From Candidatus Poribacteria bacterium (GTDB lineage Bacteria > Poribacteria > WGA-4E > PCPOR2b): 64,000 nucleotides of DNA. This document shows, one piece after another, positions 50,323-60,611 of the stretch. The notes under the pieces were generated by a model, which had not been told where the DNA came from, ran no database searches, and saw only the letters and a list, made by a program, of their open reading frames with translations. Position 1 is the first letter of the stretch, and each line of letters begins with the position of its first letter. The DNA lies in contig OZ240245.1 in NCBI GenBank assembly GCA_965198175.1, positions 3,232,001 to 3,296,000 on the forward strand, written 5' to 3'. The translations under genes were made by a program, and so were the position numbers.

Positions 50323-52095
50323 TTAAGCAAACAGCACCACCACCAGCGTCCAGCAGATAGCGGCTAAACCTGCTGCAATGCTGGCTTGAGGAATTTGGGT
50401 CTTGACGTGGTCCATCAAATCACAACCGGTACATATCGAAGAAAGTACTGTCGTATCGGAAATAGGTGAACACTGGTCACCGTAGACACTGCCGTCCATT
50501 ACGGATGCAAAGCAGATGGTCATAAAGAATTGTGGGTGATCCAACCCCTGAACGTTCGCAACCGCCCAAGCCAGCGGCATGCCAAGTGGAAATGCAACTG
50601 CATACGTGCCCCAGCTAGTTCCCGTTGAAAAAGCAATAATCATGGTCATAACCTGGAGTGTGACAGGGAGTAGCCAATAAGGGATGCGACTGCCCAACAA
50701 CTCAACCAGATATGTCCCACCGCCCGCCTCTTTACTAACGGCTCCAATCGTAATCGCCAACAGTAAGATGACCGAGCCAAGAACCACTCCCTTGAAACCA
50801 TCCCCAATGCCTTCCATAAGGTTTTTCAAGGACATGCCGCGGATAAGCGCTAATGCCATTGCAATGAGTACTGCTGCTCCAAATGCCCATCGAACCTTCG
50901 GCGATCCAAACACGATGAATGTACCGATTGCGAGGCCGAGGAGAATTGCGAGGGGAAGAAAGAAGTCAATCACATGGGGTTTATAGCCTTGAGGAACATT
51001 GGTTGCTTGTAATTCCTTTGCACTGAGTGGTTGTGAACCGGGGGCGTCCAAGTCACCGGTCTCACGGGCTCTGTTCATTGCCGCCCGCAGTTTTTTTCCG
51101 AGGAATAATGGCTTTTCGATACTCAGTAAGAAAGTACCCAATACAGCGAAAATTGCGTAGAAACAGAAAGGAACGCTCTTGAAGAAAAAGGTGACGCGCT
51201 CGCTCTCCGTTGCTAACCAACTAACTCCAGCAACAAATATAAAGGACTGTATGTAACCTGGCCAGGCGTTAAAAGCCAGTTGGGACGCAATGGGTGAGGC
51301 AGTCGAGTCAACAATGTACGCCAGCTCTTCATGGCTGATCCGCTCTTTGTCCGCCAGCGGTTTAACCGTCGTACCCACTAAAACTGTACTAACTGTGCCG
51401 CCTTGAAAAAAGATGATTCCGAGCATCCAGGCGACGAGTTTGGCCGTTTTGGGCCCACGAACAACATGCTTGGTCATTAACTCCGCAAACGCTTGAGACG
51501 CGCCGGTTCGTGCCCAGATTCCCATAAGACCGCCGAGAAACCATAAGTAAAGAATTGTGATTCCGGCGGCGGATTTGGTCATAAGATTTTGAACCAAAAC
51601 CGCTTCTGTAATATCGTACTTTCCTAACAGAAAAGCACCCGCAATGACGCCGCCCGCAAGTGATGTCACCGGTTCGCGCGTCACCCAACAGAGCAGAATT
51701 GCAACCACCGCTGGAAGTAAAGACCAATACTGCCAATGGCTGACCCCGTTCACCTGGTAGTACGATGTGTCGCCGTCAACTTTCTCGTACACAAACTCTG
51801 TCGTAACGGATGGAGATTTTTTCTCTTGGTTAAGTCGAGCGATAATTTCAGGATGTAACTGAGAATCTTCAAAGGGCACAAGGTTTTTTATAAGGATTTT
51901 CTTCTCACGTTTACCTTCGCCTTTTGTGAAATAGGGTTCTCCCTGTTCGTTTAAGTGAACATCCAACGTAATCTTATTGACGGTCCACGTCGGTGGAGTG
52001 TATTTTCCAACATAGTAAGCAAGTCCAAGGCAGACAACAAATACCCAAAGTGCGGGTGATTTTAAACTACCAATCATTAATAGCCTCCAATTCAA
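50323..52095 (-). CDS. Na+/H+ antiporter NhaC family protein
   Basis: [35 protein letters not shown] and DHVKTQ motifs. Confidence 0.88.
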   Translation of the reverse strand: MNWRLLMIGSLKSPALWVFVVCLGLAYYVGKYTPPTWTVNKITLDVHLNEQGEPYFTKGEGKREKKILIKNLVPFEDSQLHPEIIARLNQEKKSPSVTTEFVYEKVDGDTSYYQVNGVSHWQYWSLLPAVVAILLCWVTREPVTSLAGGVIAGAFLLGKYDITEAVLVQNLMTKSAAGITILYLWFLGGLMGIWARTGASQAFAELMTKHVVRGPKTAKLVAWMLGIIFFQGGTVSTVLVGTTVKPLADKERISHEELAYIVDSTASPIASQLAFNAWPGYIQSFIFVAGVSWLATESERVTFFFKSVPFCFYAIFAVLGTFLLSIEKPLFLGKKLRAAMNRARETGDLDAPGSQPLSAKELQATNVPQGYKPHVIDFFLPLAILLGLAIGTFIVFGSPKVRWAFGAAVLIAMALALIRGMSLKNLMEGIGDGFKGVVLGSVILLLAITIGAVSKEAGGGTYLVELLGSRIPYWLLPVTLQVMTMIIAFSTGTSWGTYAVAFPLGMPLAWAVANVQGLDHPQFFMTICFASVMDGSVYGDQCSPISDTTVLSSICTGCDLMDHVKTQIPQASIAAGLAAICWTLVVVLFA

Positions 52096-52263
52096 AGTAT
52101 GAGTTAATCAGACACAATCCGGCTTAATTAAATCAACGTAGACTTATCAAAGTTGATGAATTCAGCGCTTTCACGTAGCTGTACGCGTGTGCGCCATCGT
52201 TTCGATTCCATTAACTGCAATTGACGTCATTTTGGAATTTGGTGTCAAGAATTATCATTCGGT

Positions 52264-54252
52264 TCATACATCGACTTTGATCGATAAGTCCTCCAACTGC
52301 CCGTCGGCGACTTCAGAAGGTGCACCTGTTAACAGGCATAATCCGTTTTGTGTTTTTGGGAATGCAATGACTTCGCGGATGTTGTCCTCGCCAGTCATCA
52401 GCATCACGATACGATCTAGCCCAGGTGCAATTCCGGCGTGTGGCGGGGTACCGTGTTGCAAGGCTTTGATGAAGTAGCCGTATCGCCTTTCAACCTCCTC
52501 TTGTCCAATGTTCAGGAGTTCCAATACCTTTTGTTGAACATCCCAACGATGAATTCGGACGCTGCCGCTGCAAATCTCTATACCGTTGATGACGAGATCG
52601 TAGTGCTGCGACAGGGCACCACCGGGATCGGTATCCAAAAGAGGAACACTTTCTTCAGAGGGCGCTGTGAAGAGATGGTGGAATGGCTCGTATCGGTTTT
52701 CGTCTACGTTCCAGTCGAATAGCGGATAATCGACAATCCAGAGGAAATTGAAACAACTCTCATCGATGAGACCAAGTTGTTGTCCGAGGTGAAGTCGGAG
52801 GTTCGACAGGGCATCTGCAACCACCTTTGGTTGATCGGCGACGAACATCATAATGTCTCCTAGCTTCGCTCGCATCCGCTCCGCTACCGCTTTGAGCGTG
52901 TCTTCGCTGAAAAACTTGACGATGCTGGACTCGAACCCCTTCTCGGTTATTTTGATCCACGCCAATCCTCTCGCTTTATAGATTGCGACAAATTCGGTCA
53001 AGTCTTCAATCTCTTTTCTGGAAAATTCTGATCCACCCGGAACGGCGATTCCTTTCACCTGCCCATTTCGTTCCAAGGCGCTGGTAAACACCTTGAAATC
53101 ACAGTCAGCAACGAGACGGGAAAGGTCGGAGAGTTCCATTCCGAAGCGGGTATCCGGCTTATCGCTGCCGAACCTCGCCATGGAGTCGGCGTAAGAGATG
53201 CGCGGAAACGGTGTTTCCACTGGAATGCGTGAGGCTTCCTCAAACATGCGTTGCATCAATCCCTCTGTGACTTCGATGACGTCATCCACCGTTGCAAAGG
53301 ACATCTCAAAATCGAGTTGGGTGAACTCGAGTTGGCGATCGGCGCGGGTGTCCTCATCGCGGAAGCAGCGGGGAATCTGGAAGTAGCGATCGACGCCGCT
53401 CATCATTAAGATTTGCTTGAACTGTTGCGGCGATTGTGGAAGCGCGTAGAAGTTACCAGCGTTGAGTCGGCTTGGCACTAGCACGTCCCGTGCGCCTTCA
53501 GGCGTACTGTTCATCAGGATTGGGGTTTCAATCTCAAGAAACCCTTGTTCGTCCATGTACTTTCGGGCGGCGAGCATAGCTTTGTGTCGAACGGCTAAAG
53601 TTTTTTGCATCTTGGGACGACGGAGATCGATGTATCGGTATGTCATGCGAATCTCTTCGTCAGTATCAATGTTGTCCTCAACGAGAAACGGCGGTGTTTT
53701 GGCAATGTTCAATATCTCCAATTTTTGTGTTGCAAGCTCAATCTCGCCCGTTGGGAGGTTCGGGTTGATTGTACCCAAGTATACCCTGATTTCGGTTTCA
53801 GTCGATTTGATAACGTATGTGCGTTTGCTTGCCCTGTCTGTTACCAGCCACTTGCCTTCTGTTTCTCTGCTTAAAATCTCGACATTTTGGGACAATGGGT
53901 GCTCATTTGCTTTAAAGGCTTGTCTTAATTCCTCTGAACAATCCTGATCTTCTAATTCGGTTTCATGCGCTAATCCGAGGTTGAACAACAGGTCGCCCTC
54001 TAGCCGTTCTCGAACTGTTCCACTCACGACCAACACAAACTCGCTGCGAATTTGGTTTGCAATCTTATGGGCACCAATATCAATCTTGGGATCGAAAACC
54101 ACTTGCGTAATCCCCGTCCGATCCCGTAAATCGACGAAAATAACGCCACCATGGTCTCTACGGCGAGCAACCCAGCCAGTTAATTGCACCGATTTCCCGG
54201 CATCGGCGAGCCGTAACTCTCCACAATAATGTGTCCTTTTCATTTCAGGCAT
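52264..54252 (-). CDS. aspS: Aspartate--tRNA ligase with a ~73-aa insertion in the anticodon-binding domain
   Basis: RTHYCG, RDHGG-x-x-F-x-DLRD, LPQSPQ, CFRDED-x-RADRQ-x-EFTQ, GAD domain and PPH-x-G-x-x-x-GLDR motifs. Confidence 0.97.
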   Translation of the reverse strand: MPEMKRTHYCGELRLADAGKSVQLTGWVARRRDHGGVIFVDLRDRTGITQVVFDPKIDIGAHKIANQIRSEFVLVVSGTVRERLEGDLLFNLGLAHETELEDQDCSEELRQAFKANEHPLSQNVEILSRETEGKWLVTDRASKRTYVIKSTETEIRVYLGTINPNLPTGEIELATQKLEILNIAKTPPFLVEDNIDTDEEIRMTYRYIDLRRPKMQKTLAVRHKAMLAARKYMDEQGFLEIETPILMNSTPEGARDVLVPSRLNAGNFYALPQSPQQFKQILMMSGVDRYFQIPRCFRDEDTRADRQLEFTQLDFEMSFATVDDVIEVTEGLMQRMFEEASRIPVETPFPRISYADSMARFGSDKPDTRFGMELSDLSRLVADCDFKVFTSALERNGQVKGIAVPGGSEFSRKEIEDLTEFVAIYKARGLAWIKITEKGFESSIVKFFSEDTLKAVAERMRAKLGDIMMFVADQPKVVADALSNLRLHLGQQLGLIDESCFNFLWIVDYPLFDWNVDENRYEPFHHLFTAPSEESVPLLDTDPGGALSQHYDLVINGIEICSGSVRIHRWDVQQKVLELLNIGQEEVERRYGYFIKALQHGTPPHAGIAPGLDRIVMLMTGEDNIREVIAFPKTQNGLCLLTGAPSEVADGQLEDLSIKVDV

Positions 54253-54347
54253 TGTGCGTCTTTACTTATCCTTAATTGTAAAATTGTCATTCTTTGACAA
54301 TCGATAACATCGTGAAATTTGTGACAGCTTGCACTCGTCACGTTAAG

Positions 54348-55622
54348 TTAGTTAAGGCAATCTAAACGCGATGTTTTACTCAGTTCCTCTGCCAACCGAT
54401 CGAACGCAACCGTCCACTGGTTACCACTCTCCATCTCTCGAACCGTCGCTGCGTCATCCTTAATCTCATCTTCCCCGATTATCACGACATATTGCACGTT
54501 GAGCTTGTTCGCTGTTTTCATCTGTGCCTTCAAACTGCGTCCGTTATACTCAAGGTCGGCTTTGATTCCCCTATCGCGGAGTCTTTGCGCTGATTGAAAA
54601 GCGATAGGCATCGCTTCATCACCCAGTACGGCGATGTAAACGTCAATGGGCGGTTGTGGCGAAAACCCGACGTTCTGCGCTTCTAAGGCAAGTATGACTC
54701 GATCTACGCCAAGCCCAAACCCTATCCCCGGAGTTGGCTTGTTACCCAGTTCTTCGACCAGATAGTCGTACCGTCCACCACCGCCAATAGCGTCTTGTGC
54801 ACCGAGTCCGCCTGCGGTGAATTCAAATGTAGAGCGAGAGTAGTAGTCCATTCCCCTCACGAGATTCGGATTTTCGGTATAGTCAATGTTGGACAACTCC
54901 AGATAACGCTTGACTGAGTCGAAATGTTCACGGCACGGGTCGCATAGATAGTCCACCAGTCGAGGACCTTCAGTTAAGATTTCACGACACCCTTTCTTGC
55001 AATCAAAAAGTCGCAACGGATTGCGTTCATAGCGACCCTGGCATTCTCGACAGAACTGATCGAGGCGCGCCTTCGTGAAAGCCTTGAGATCCGCCACATA
55101 TTTTGGACGACAAGCACGGTCGCCAATAGTATTCAGGTGTAGCATCAGATCTTTTAAACCAAGCGTCAAATAGAATTGATGGGCTAACGCGATGACTTCC
55201 GCATCAACCGCAGCTTGTGCCGCGCCAAACACTTCCACCCCCACCTGCCAATGCTCACGGTAACGTCCAGCCTGCGGTCGTTCATAGCGGTACATTCGCC
55301 CATTGTAGTAAAGTTTCAAGACACTCGTGCCTTCGAGCAGTCGATTTTGAAGGATAGCGCGCACAACGGATGCTGTCCCTTCTGGTCGTAGTGTGATGCT
55401 CCGATTGGCTTTGTCGTTGAAGGTGAACATCTCTTTTTCAACGATATCGGTGGTATCCCCCACCCCGCGGACAAATAGGTCGGTGCTTTCAAAGATTGGG
55501 GTGCGAATTTCCTGATATCCGTATGTCGAAAAAACAGATCGCGCGACCTTCTCTACCCACTGCCAGGTTTGAGTCTCGCAAGGGAGGATATCTCTCGTTC
55601 CTTTTGGTGATTGAATAAGCAT
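54348..55622 (-). CDS. hisS: Histidine--tRNA ligase
   Basis: KGTRD, LRPEGTA, RYERPQAGRYR, LVRGMDYY and GGGRYD motifs. Confidence 0.97.
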   Translation of the reverse strand: MLIQSPKGTRDILPCETQTWQWVEKVARSVFSTYGYQEIRTPIFESTDLFVRGVGDTTDIVEKEMFTFNDKANRSITLRPEGTASVVRAILQNRLLEGTSVLKLYYNGRMYRYERPQAGRYREHWQVGVEVFGAAQAAVDAEVIALAHQFYLTLGLKDLMLHLNTIGDRACRPKYVADLKAFTKARLDQFCRECQGRYERNPLRLFDCKKGCREILTEGPRLVDYLCDPCREHFDSVKRYLELSNIDYTENPNLVRGMDYYSRSTFEFTAGGLGAQDAIGGGGRYDYLVEELGNKPTPGIGFGLGVDRVILALEAQNVGFSPQPPIDVYIAVLGDEAMPIAFQSAQRLRDRGIKADLEYNGRSLKAQMKTANKLNVQYVVIIGEDEIKDDAATVREMESGNQWTVAFDRLAEELSKTSRLDCLN

Positions 55623-55625
55623 ATC

Positions 55626-56780
55626 TTACCGATAACTCCTTCTTACTTGCTGAATCTTCCCTAACGTTTCCTTTACCGCTTGCCACAATTCCTCGTTTTC
55701 GTCATTTTCGAGCGCCTGCAAAGCATCAACGATTTGCCCGCCGGAATAGATGACCTTTCCCAATGCCTTTGCTGCCCAAATCTTATCCACCTTCTCAATC
55801 AGGACAAGCTGCTCTCCGTACTCATTGGCGGTCTGGATTTCTCCCTTTTCAATTTTCTCGCGAAGCCGTTGTTCGGAAAACCCCATGTGCTCTACGGCTT
55901 CTGTCACTGAAAGCCAAAAACTACTAACCTTCTCATTGTCCAGTTCGGCAAGCAGAAAATCTTTGTAGAGACTTAAGAAATAGTTCTCAAAAGCTAACGT
56001 CCGCTCACAGATATTTTTGAGTTGTTTTCTGTCTCCCGTATCTGAGGGAACACAGTACACCCATGCATTTCGGCATTTGGCATAAACGTCTTGGATAAGG
56101 TCGGTCCATTCATCGTTGATGCGTACCCGGTATTGTTTCAGACAGTCGTTTTTGTCATTGACATAAACTTTGGCTTTGAGCGCTATAATCGCCAATGCGG
56201 ATTTCCCTACACAATTGATTATCTCTTTAGTGCCAGGCAGCAGCGTTCCATCTGCGGCGCGCGCTTTACGTTTGTCGTAACCATAAAACTCCCCCTCAGG
56301 GTCGGGATAATTCAATGGAAATACAAGAAATTCTGGTTTGCCTCGGATTCGAGAAAAGAAACGATATGGGACATGCATCAAGGCGCGTTCATACCAATCA
56401 AGAGGAATTAACGAAATTTCATCGCGAATATCCTTCCCATAAAGTAATATGCTGGCAAACTTAAGCGTTGGAAGTCCTAGGCGTAATGCCTGCCCTTCAC
56501 TATAAAGATTGAGTTCCAAAGGGATTGGACTTATCAACGAACAGTATTTGCTTGTCTGCTGAACTTTATCATTTTCCTCTCGACTGGTGAAATTGTCAAT
56601 GAACAAGATGTCCACGTCAATGTCGCTTGCAGGAACAGCAGTGCCATCCGTATAACTTCCCGTTAGGTAGTATCCTCGGATTCGCTCGGGAAAGACCGAT
56701 TCAAAAATACCGATTACGCCGCGTAAAATATTGTCAACCTCCCGGTTCCCGGCGGAATCGAGAAGGGAAACGTAACTCAT
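55626..56780 (-). CDS. Pol-beta-like nucleotidyltransferase domain protein with an HTH insert and HEAT-like tail
   Basis: GSY...SDIDVD (GS + DxD); LSVTEA...GFSEQRLR-x-x-I-x-x-G-x-I; AAKALGKV. Confidence 0.7.
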   Translation of the reverse strand: MSYVSLLDSAGNREVDNILRGVIGIFESVFPERIRGYYLTGSYTDGTAVPASDIDVDILFIDNFTSREENDKVQQTSKYCSLISPIPLELNLYSEGQALRLGLPTLKFASILLYGKDIRDEISLIPLDWYERALMHVPYRFFSRIRGKPEFLVFPLNYPDPEGEFYGYDKRKARAADGTLLPGTKEIINCVGKSALAIIALKAKVYVNDKNDCLKQYRVRINDEWTDLIQDVYAKCRNAWVYCVPSDTGDRKQLKNICERTLAFENYFLSLYKDFLLAELDNEKVSSFWLSVTEAVEHMGFSEQRLREKIEKGEIQTANEYGEQLVLIEKVDKIWAAKALGKVIYSGGQIVDALQALENDENEELWQAVKETLGKIQQVRRSYR

Positions 56781-56811
56781 ATCAATTCTCGCACCGAATC
56801 ATACACACAAT

Positions 56812-59800
56812 TTACGATTTCCGCTGCATCGCCGCCTGAATCTGACGCCGTTGCTCCTGAAGTTCTGGGGCGCTAGGGGCAAGGCGGAGTGCTTCAGTAT
56901 TGGCTTTCAACGCATCGTCATATCGCCTTTGTGTGAGGTATAAATCCGCCAAATCGCTGTGTAGCAACGGCTCATTCGACGAAAGTTGAATTGCCCGCTG
57001 GTATGAATCAATTGCCTTGCTAACTGCGTTCTCTTCCGCATAAATATTGCCTAATACATAATGCCCGCGCCACGAGTTTGGGTTGACTTCCAATGTCTTC
57101 TCTGCGTATTTCTGCGCTTCCGGCAACATATTTTTTAGATGAAAGATTGATGCCATTGCCGCGAAAATTTCGGCAGGAAGATTCGAATCTAACTTCTCAA
57201 GCCGTTGATAAGTACGCAGCGCTTCATCGCTGCGTTTTTGGCGTTCATAAATTGGTCCGAGTAGGAGGTAAAAATCTAGACGGTTCGGTTCAAGTTCGAT
57301 TGCTTTCTCAATCGCTTTTGCGGATTCCTCTAATCTCCCTTGACCTTCGTAGATGACTGCGAGTTGAATGTAGCCTTCCGTCTCTTGAGGATTAGTTTGC
57401 AAGGTCTCTTTGACGACTTGTTCAAGTTGCTTGAGCTCTTTTTGCTCCTCTTTGCGGACCAATCCGGCTGCAACTTCAAGATGGTATCGAATCACCCTAT
57501 CACGTGGGTTAATAGCCAACCCACGATTAAAATATCCAAATGCCTCCTCATATTCTTCCGCAACATACACAATTTGGCCTTCGATTAGCCTCTGAGTGGC
57601 GTCGAAGTAAAGATTCACCTGTTTTCTCACCTCGGTCTTCTCCGCCATCGTTCTGCCATAATTTTTCAGATACGGATTGACACGTTCACGATATTTCGCC
57701 ATTCCCGCAATAATGCTTCTGCTGCTACCTACAGACTGCTTTGCGCGGATAAACCCCAAATACGGGCGGCTATCTGTATAAATGGAGCCGTCTCCGGTAT
57801 AGCTTCGGAGCGCATCCTCACCCATCATAAACGAATCTAGCAACGACTTGCCATCAAGATCGTCGTGCGCGAGCGCGCCACTGATGTTTGCAATCTGAGC
57901 TCTATCTATAAAGTTCTTATAATCAATCTTGAGTGGTTCAGATGTACCAATCAAGATGACGAAATCTGGCGTGTATTTGTACCATAGTGTAGTGTGAGGA
58001 AAAACTTCGAGGAATGTCCTCAGAGCCATCTTGAAATGCGCTTCGGAGAACAGCCAGATCGGTAACCACTGACATAAAATGCCGCGTTCGTCCAGAGCAC
58101 TCTTGCAGCGTCTGTAGAAATCTGTGGTGTAGATGTGCGAATTCCATACACCGGGTGAGGGTGCGAGAGATCTCACTGAGATAATGTCGTATTTTTCACC
58201 CGTCATCAGCAGATAGTTTCGCTCGTCATCAACGATCAAATCGAAGGAGGGACTGCTGAGAATATTGTGATTCACATCAGTGAAATTTACACGCGCTTCT
58301 TCAATGACATCTTTTGAAGTTTCGACCGCATCCACATGAACCCCGTGTTGCGTCATTGAGTAGGCGGTTAGTCCCATGCCAAACCCGACTACAAGTGCAC
58401 GTTTCGGGTCAGGATGAAGGAGTGACGGGAGATGCGCGATTACACGATGTGAAGGGGAGTCCCATCGGGAAGTATCTGCGACTTTAGTTGTGCCTACATA
58501 CAGTTGATGAGCTCCCTTCTCATCCTTAAGCACCGTCACATCGGCATCAACGCCCTGTTTATGGGCGATGATTGCGCTACCTGTGCCTTGCGTGACGTTG
58601 TTCTCACTTCTGAGGACCAGTGGTTCGTCTGCTACATAGAGCACAATCAGTCCGAAGCCAGCAGTAAGGACTGCACCCGCAGTTGCTGCCCCACTCAGTA
58701 GTTGTCTGGAGCGTAAATTTTCAGTTTGTCCAGAGAAAATCATGGCACATCCCATAATCGCGCTCAAAACCGCTGTCAGGACAATACCCGGACGAATCCC
58801 AATCAATGGGACGAAAATAAACGCTGCGCACAAAACACCTGCGATTGCACCAATGATGTGAATCGCACAAACATTGCCAATGCTGCGTCCCAATCGCGCC
58901 GTGTCGCGCGTGTAAATCCGGATAGCCACCGGAATGCACCCGCCAATTAAGATAGTAGGTACAATCATCACGACTATACAACCAATGAATGCTCCGATTC
59001 CTCCACCATAGAAAGTTGATTGTGAAAGGCTGCCAATTCGATGTAGTTCTCCGAAAGCCGATATCGCCGCAACCCCAGAGAACCCGATGCCAATCTGCAT
59101 CAATCCGAACAAGCTAACGCGTGATTTTATACGATCAGTTGCCCATGCGAATAAGAAACTCCCGAGAGCAACTCCAAACAGGAAGACTGCCAGCATAGTT
59201 GTGGAGGTTGCAACACTGAGGGAGGACACCAGAACGCGCCTCCAGAGCACTGCATAGGCGAAAGTGCAGAATCCGGAGACAGCAAATGCCCAGACCGCTA
59301 GCCGTAAAGACGGAAGCGCTTCGGTTGTATCTGAGTGCGAATCGATGTGCTCTGAGGCTGAATACATCTTGTCCTTAGCGCTCGCTGTATTACTTGCCCA
59401 CTGTCGATTCAGCCCAAAGGCAATGGCTGCCACAAACAAGTTAATGCCTGCACATAGGTAGAGAGACTGTAGAACCCCTAAAGTTTGCAATAGGAAAAAT
59501 CCTACTGCAAGACATCCAATCACGCTGCCAAGCATCTTCAGCCCATTGAGGATGCCGACGTGGAATCTCAGCCTTTCCGACCTTTCCACCAATAACTTGC
59601 ACAGGACAGGCAATGTGCCTCCCATCAGAATTGACGGGACAAGCAGGAAGAGAAAGGATAGAGCAAAGCGGATGAACGCAAGCGAATAGAATTCCCCATT
59701 AAGCCCGCGATAGAGCAGAATGTGGATGGCGTTGAGTACATTCAATAGTAAGGGGGAAATAAGGGCAAAAACACCGATACCTACTTCAAGAATACCATAT

Positions 59801-60015
59801 AAGCGTAATGGACGTTCCTCGCGATCTGCTACACGACCAAAGTAAAAACTACCAACTGCTAATCCTGACATCAGTGCTATCAGCACCGTGCTCACCGGCA
59901 GCGTAGTGCTGCCAAATATTAGTGTGAGTTGGTGCGTCCAGATTACTTCGTAGATTAAGCCAATGGCACCGGAAAAAAGGAAGATTAGCCCCACAACCGG
60001 TTTAACGTTCCGCAC
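56812..60015 (-). CDS. Fused MFS-like membrane/spermidine synthase-like protein with TPR repeats
   Basis: SG-x-x-x-LIYEV-x-W, MGGTLP, LVVGFGMG-x-T, KYDII and TD-x-x-P motifs; C-terminal TPRs. Confidence 0.85.
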   Translation of the reverse strand: MRNVKPVVGLIFLFSGAIGLIYEVIWTHQLTLIFGSTTLPVSTVLIALMSGLAVGSFYFGRVADREERPLRLYGILEVGIGVFALISPLLLNVLNAIHILLYRGLNGEFYSLAFIRFALSFLFLLVPSILMGGTLPVLCKLLVERSERLRFHVGILNGLKMLGSVIGCLAVGFFLLQTLGVLQSLYLCAGINLFVAAIAFGLNRQWASNTASAKDKMYSASEHIDSHSDTTEALPSLRLAVWAFAVSGFCTFAYAVLWRRVLVSSLSVATSTTMLAVFLFGVALGSFLFAWATDRIKSRVSLFGLMQIGIGFSGVAAISAFGELHRIGSLSQSTFYGGGIGAFIGCIVVMIVPTILIGGCIPVAIRIYTRDTARLGRSIGNVCAIHIIGAIAGVLCAAFIFVPLIGIRPGIVLTAVLSAIMGCAMIFSGQTENLRSRQLLSGAATAGAVLTAGFGLIVLYVADEPLVLRSENNVTQGTGSAIIAHKQGVDADVTVLKDEKGAHQLYVGTTKVADTSRWDSPSHRVIAHLPSLLHPDPKRALVVGFGMGLTAYSMTQHGVHVDAVETSKDVIEEARVNFTDVNHNILSSPSFDLIVDDERNYLLMTGEKYDIISVRSLAPSPGVWNSHIYTTDFYRRCKSALDERGILCQWLPIWLFSEAHFKMALRTFLEVFPHTTLWYKYTPDFVILIGTSEPLKIDYKNFIDRAQIANISGALAHDDLDGKSLLDSFMMGEDALRSYTGDGSIYTDSRPYLGFIRAKQSVGSSRSIIAGMAKYRERVNPYLKNYGRTMAEKTEVRKQVNLYFDATQRLIEGQIVYVAEEYEEAFGYFNRGLAINPRDRVIRYHLEVAAGLVRKEEQKELKQLEQVVKETLQTNPQETEGYIQLAVIYEGQGRLEESAKAIEKAIELEPNRLDFYLLLGPIYERQKRSDEALRTYQRLEKLDSNLPAEIFAAMASIFHLKNMLPEAQKYAEKTLEVNPNSWRGHYVLGNIYAEENAVSKAIDSYQRAIQLSSNEPLLHSDLADLYLTQRRYDDALKANTEALRLAPSAPELQEQRRQIQAAMQRKS

Positions 60016-60042
60016 AGTTCTCTGTCCCTTCTCATCATCTCC

Positions 60043-60075
60043 AACTTTCCAAAAGTTAAAAACTTTTCGATAGTT
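60043..60075. repeat. Degenerate double palindrome (REP-like)
   Basis: AACTTTCCAAAAGTT-AAA-AACTTTTCGATAGTT. Confidence 0.4.
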
Positions 60076-60611
60076 TCGTGGCTTCAGAATTCATTATAAC
60101 ACATAAATCCTAGCGTTGTGTACATCAAAATGGGAATGCGTGGCATTGGGAGCACAGAACTAAAGCTGGAATGCTCGATTATCGATTTTCCAATTTAACC
60201 TCCATCGCAGCACAAAGATATTCGATATAGCGACCATTATTTTTCGAGAGTTGTTCGCCATGGATGCACGCTATCCATTCGCGTTCGGCGGCGATGTGGT
60301 TATGGTTGTTCCACTACCGAAGATAAGAGTATAATAGCGTAGCGATAGCTCTACCTGATCTGATGGACAGCTATGTTCAACGAGCCATGCGATTTTTAAC
60401 GGGGAGTTGGGAGCGTTCTCGACTGTTTTGAGCGGTGAAGGTGCTTCAGAGGAGGCGGGGGAGTATTAGATTCACCTTGTACCGTCATTTTCATGTAGAA
60501 AATAATCAATATATAAACTAAAACCGAGGAAAGTGTAGAAAAGACTGTCGGTACGATAATCTGAAATCCTTATCCACAATCAGCAATCCCGCCGCTCGTC
60601 GGTTAAAAAAC

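Noticed and set aside
53776..53994. Intein in aspS
   Set aside because: Too short, and lacks the Cys/Ser start and His-Asn end.
60076..60611. ncRNA or gene in the ~540-bp spacer
   Set aside because: No convincing ORF or extended structure was recognised by eye.
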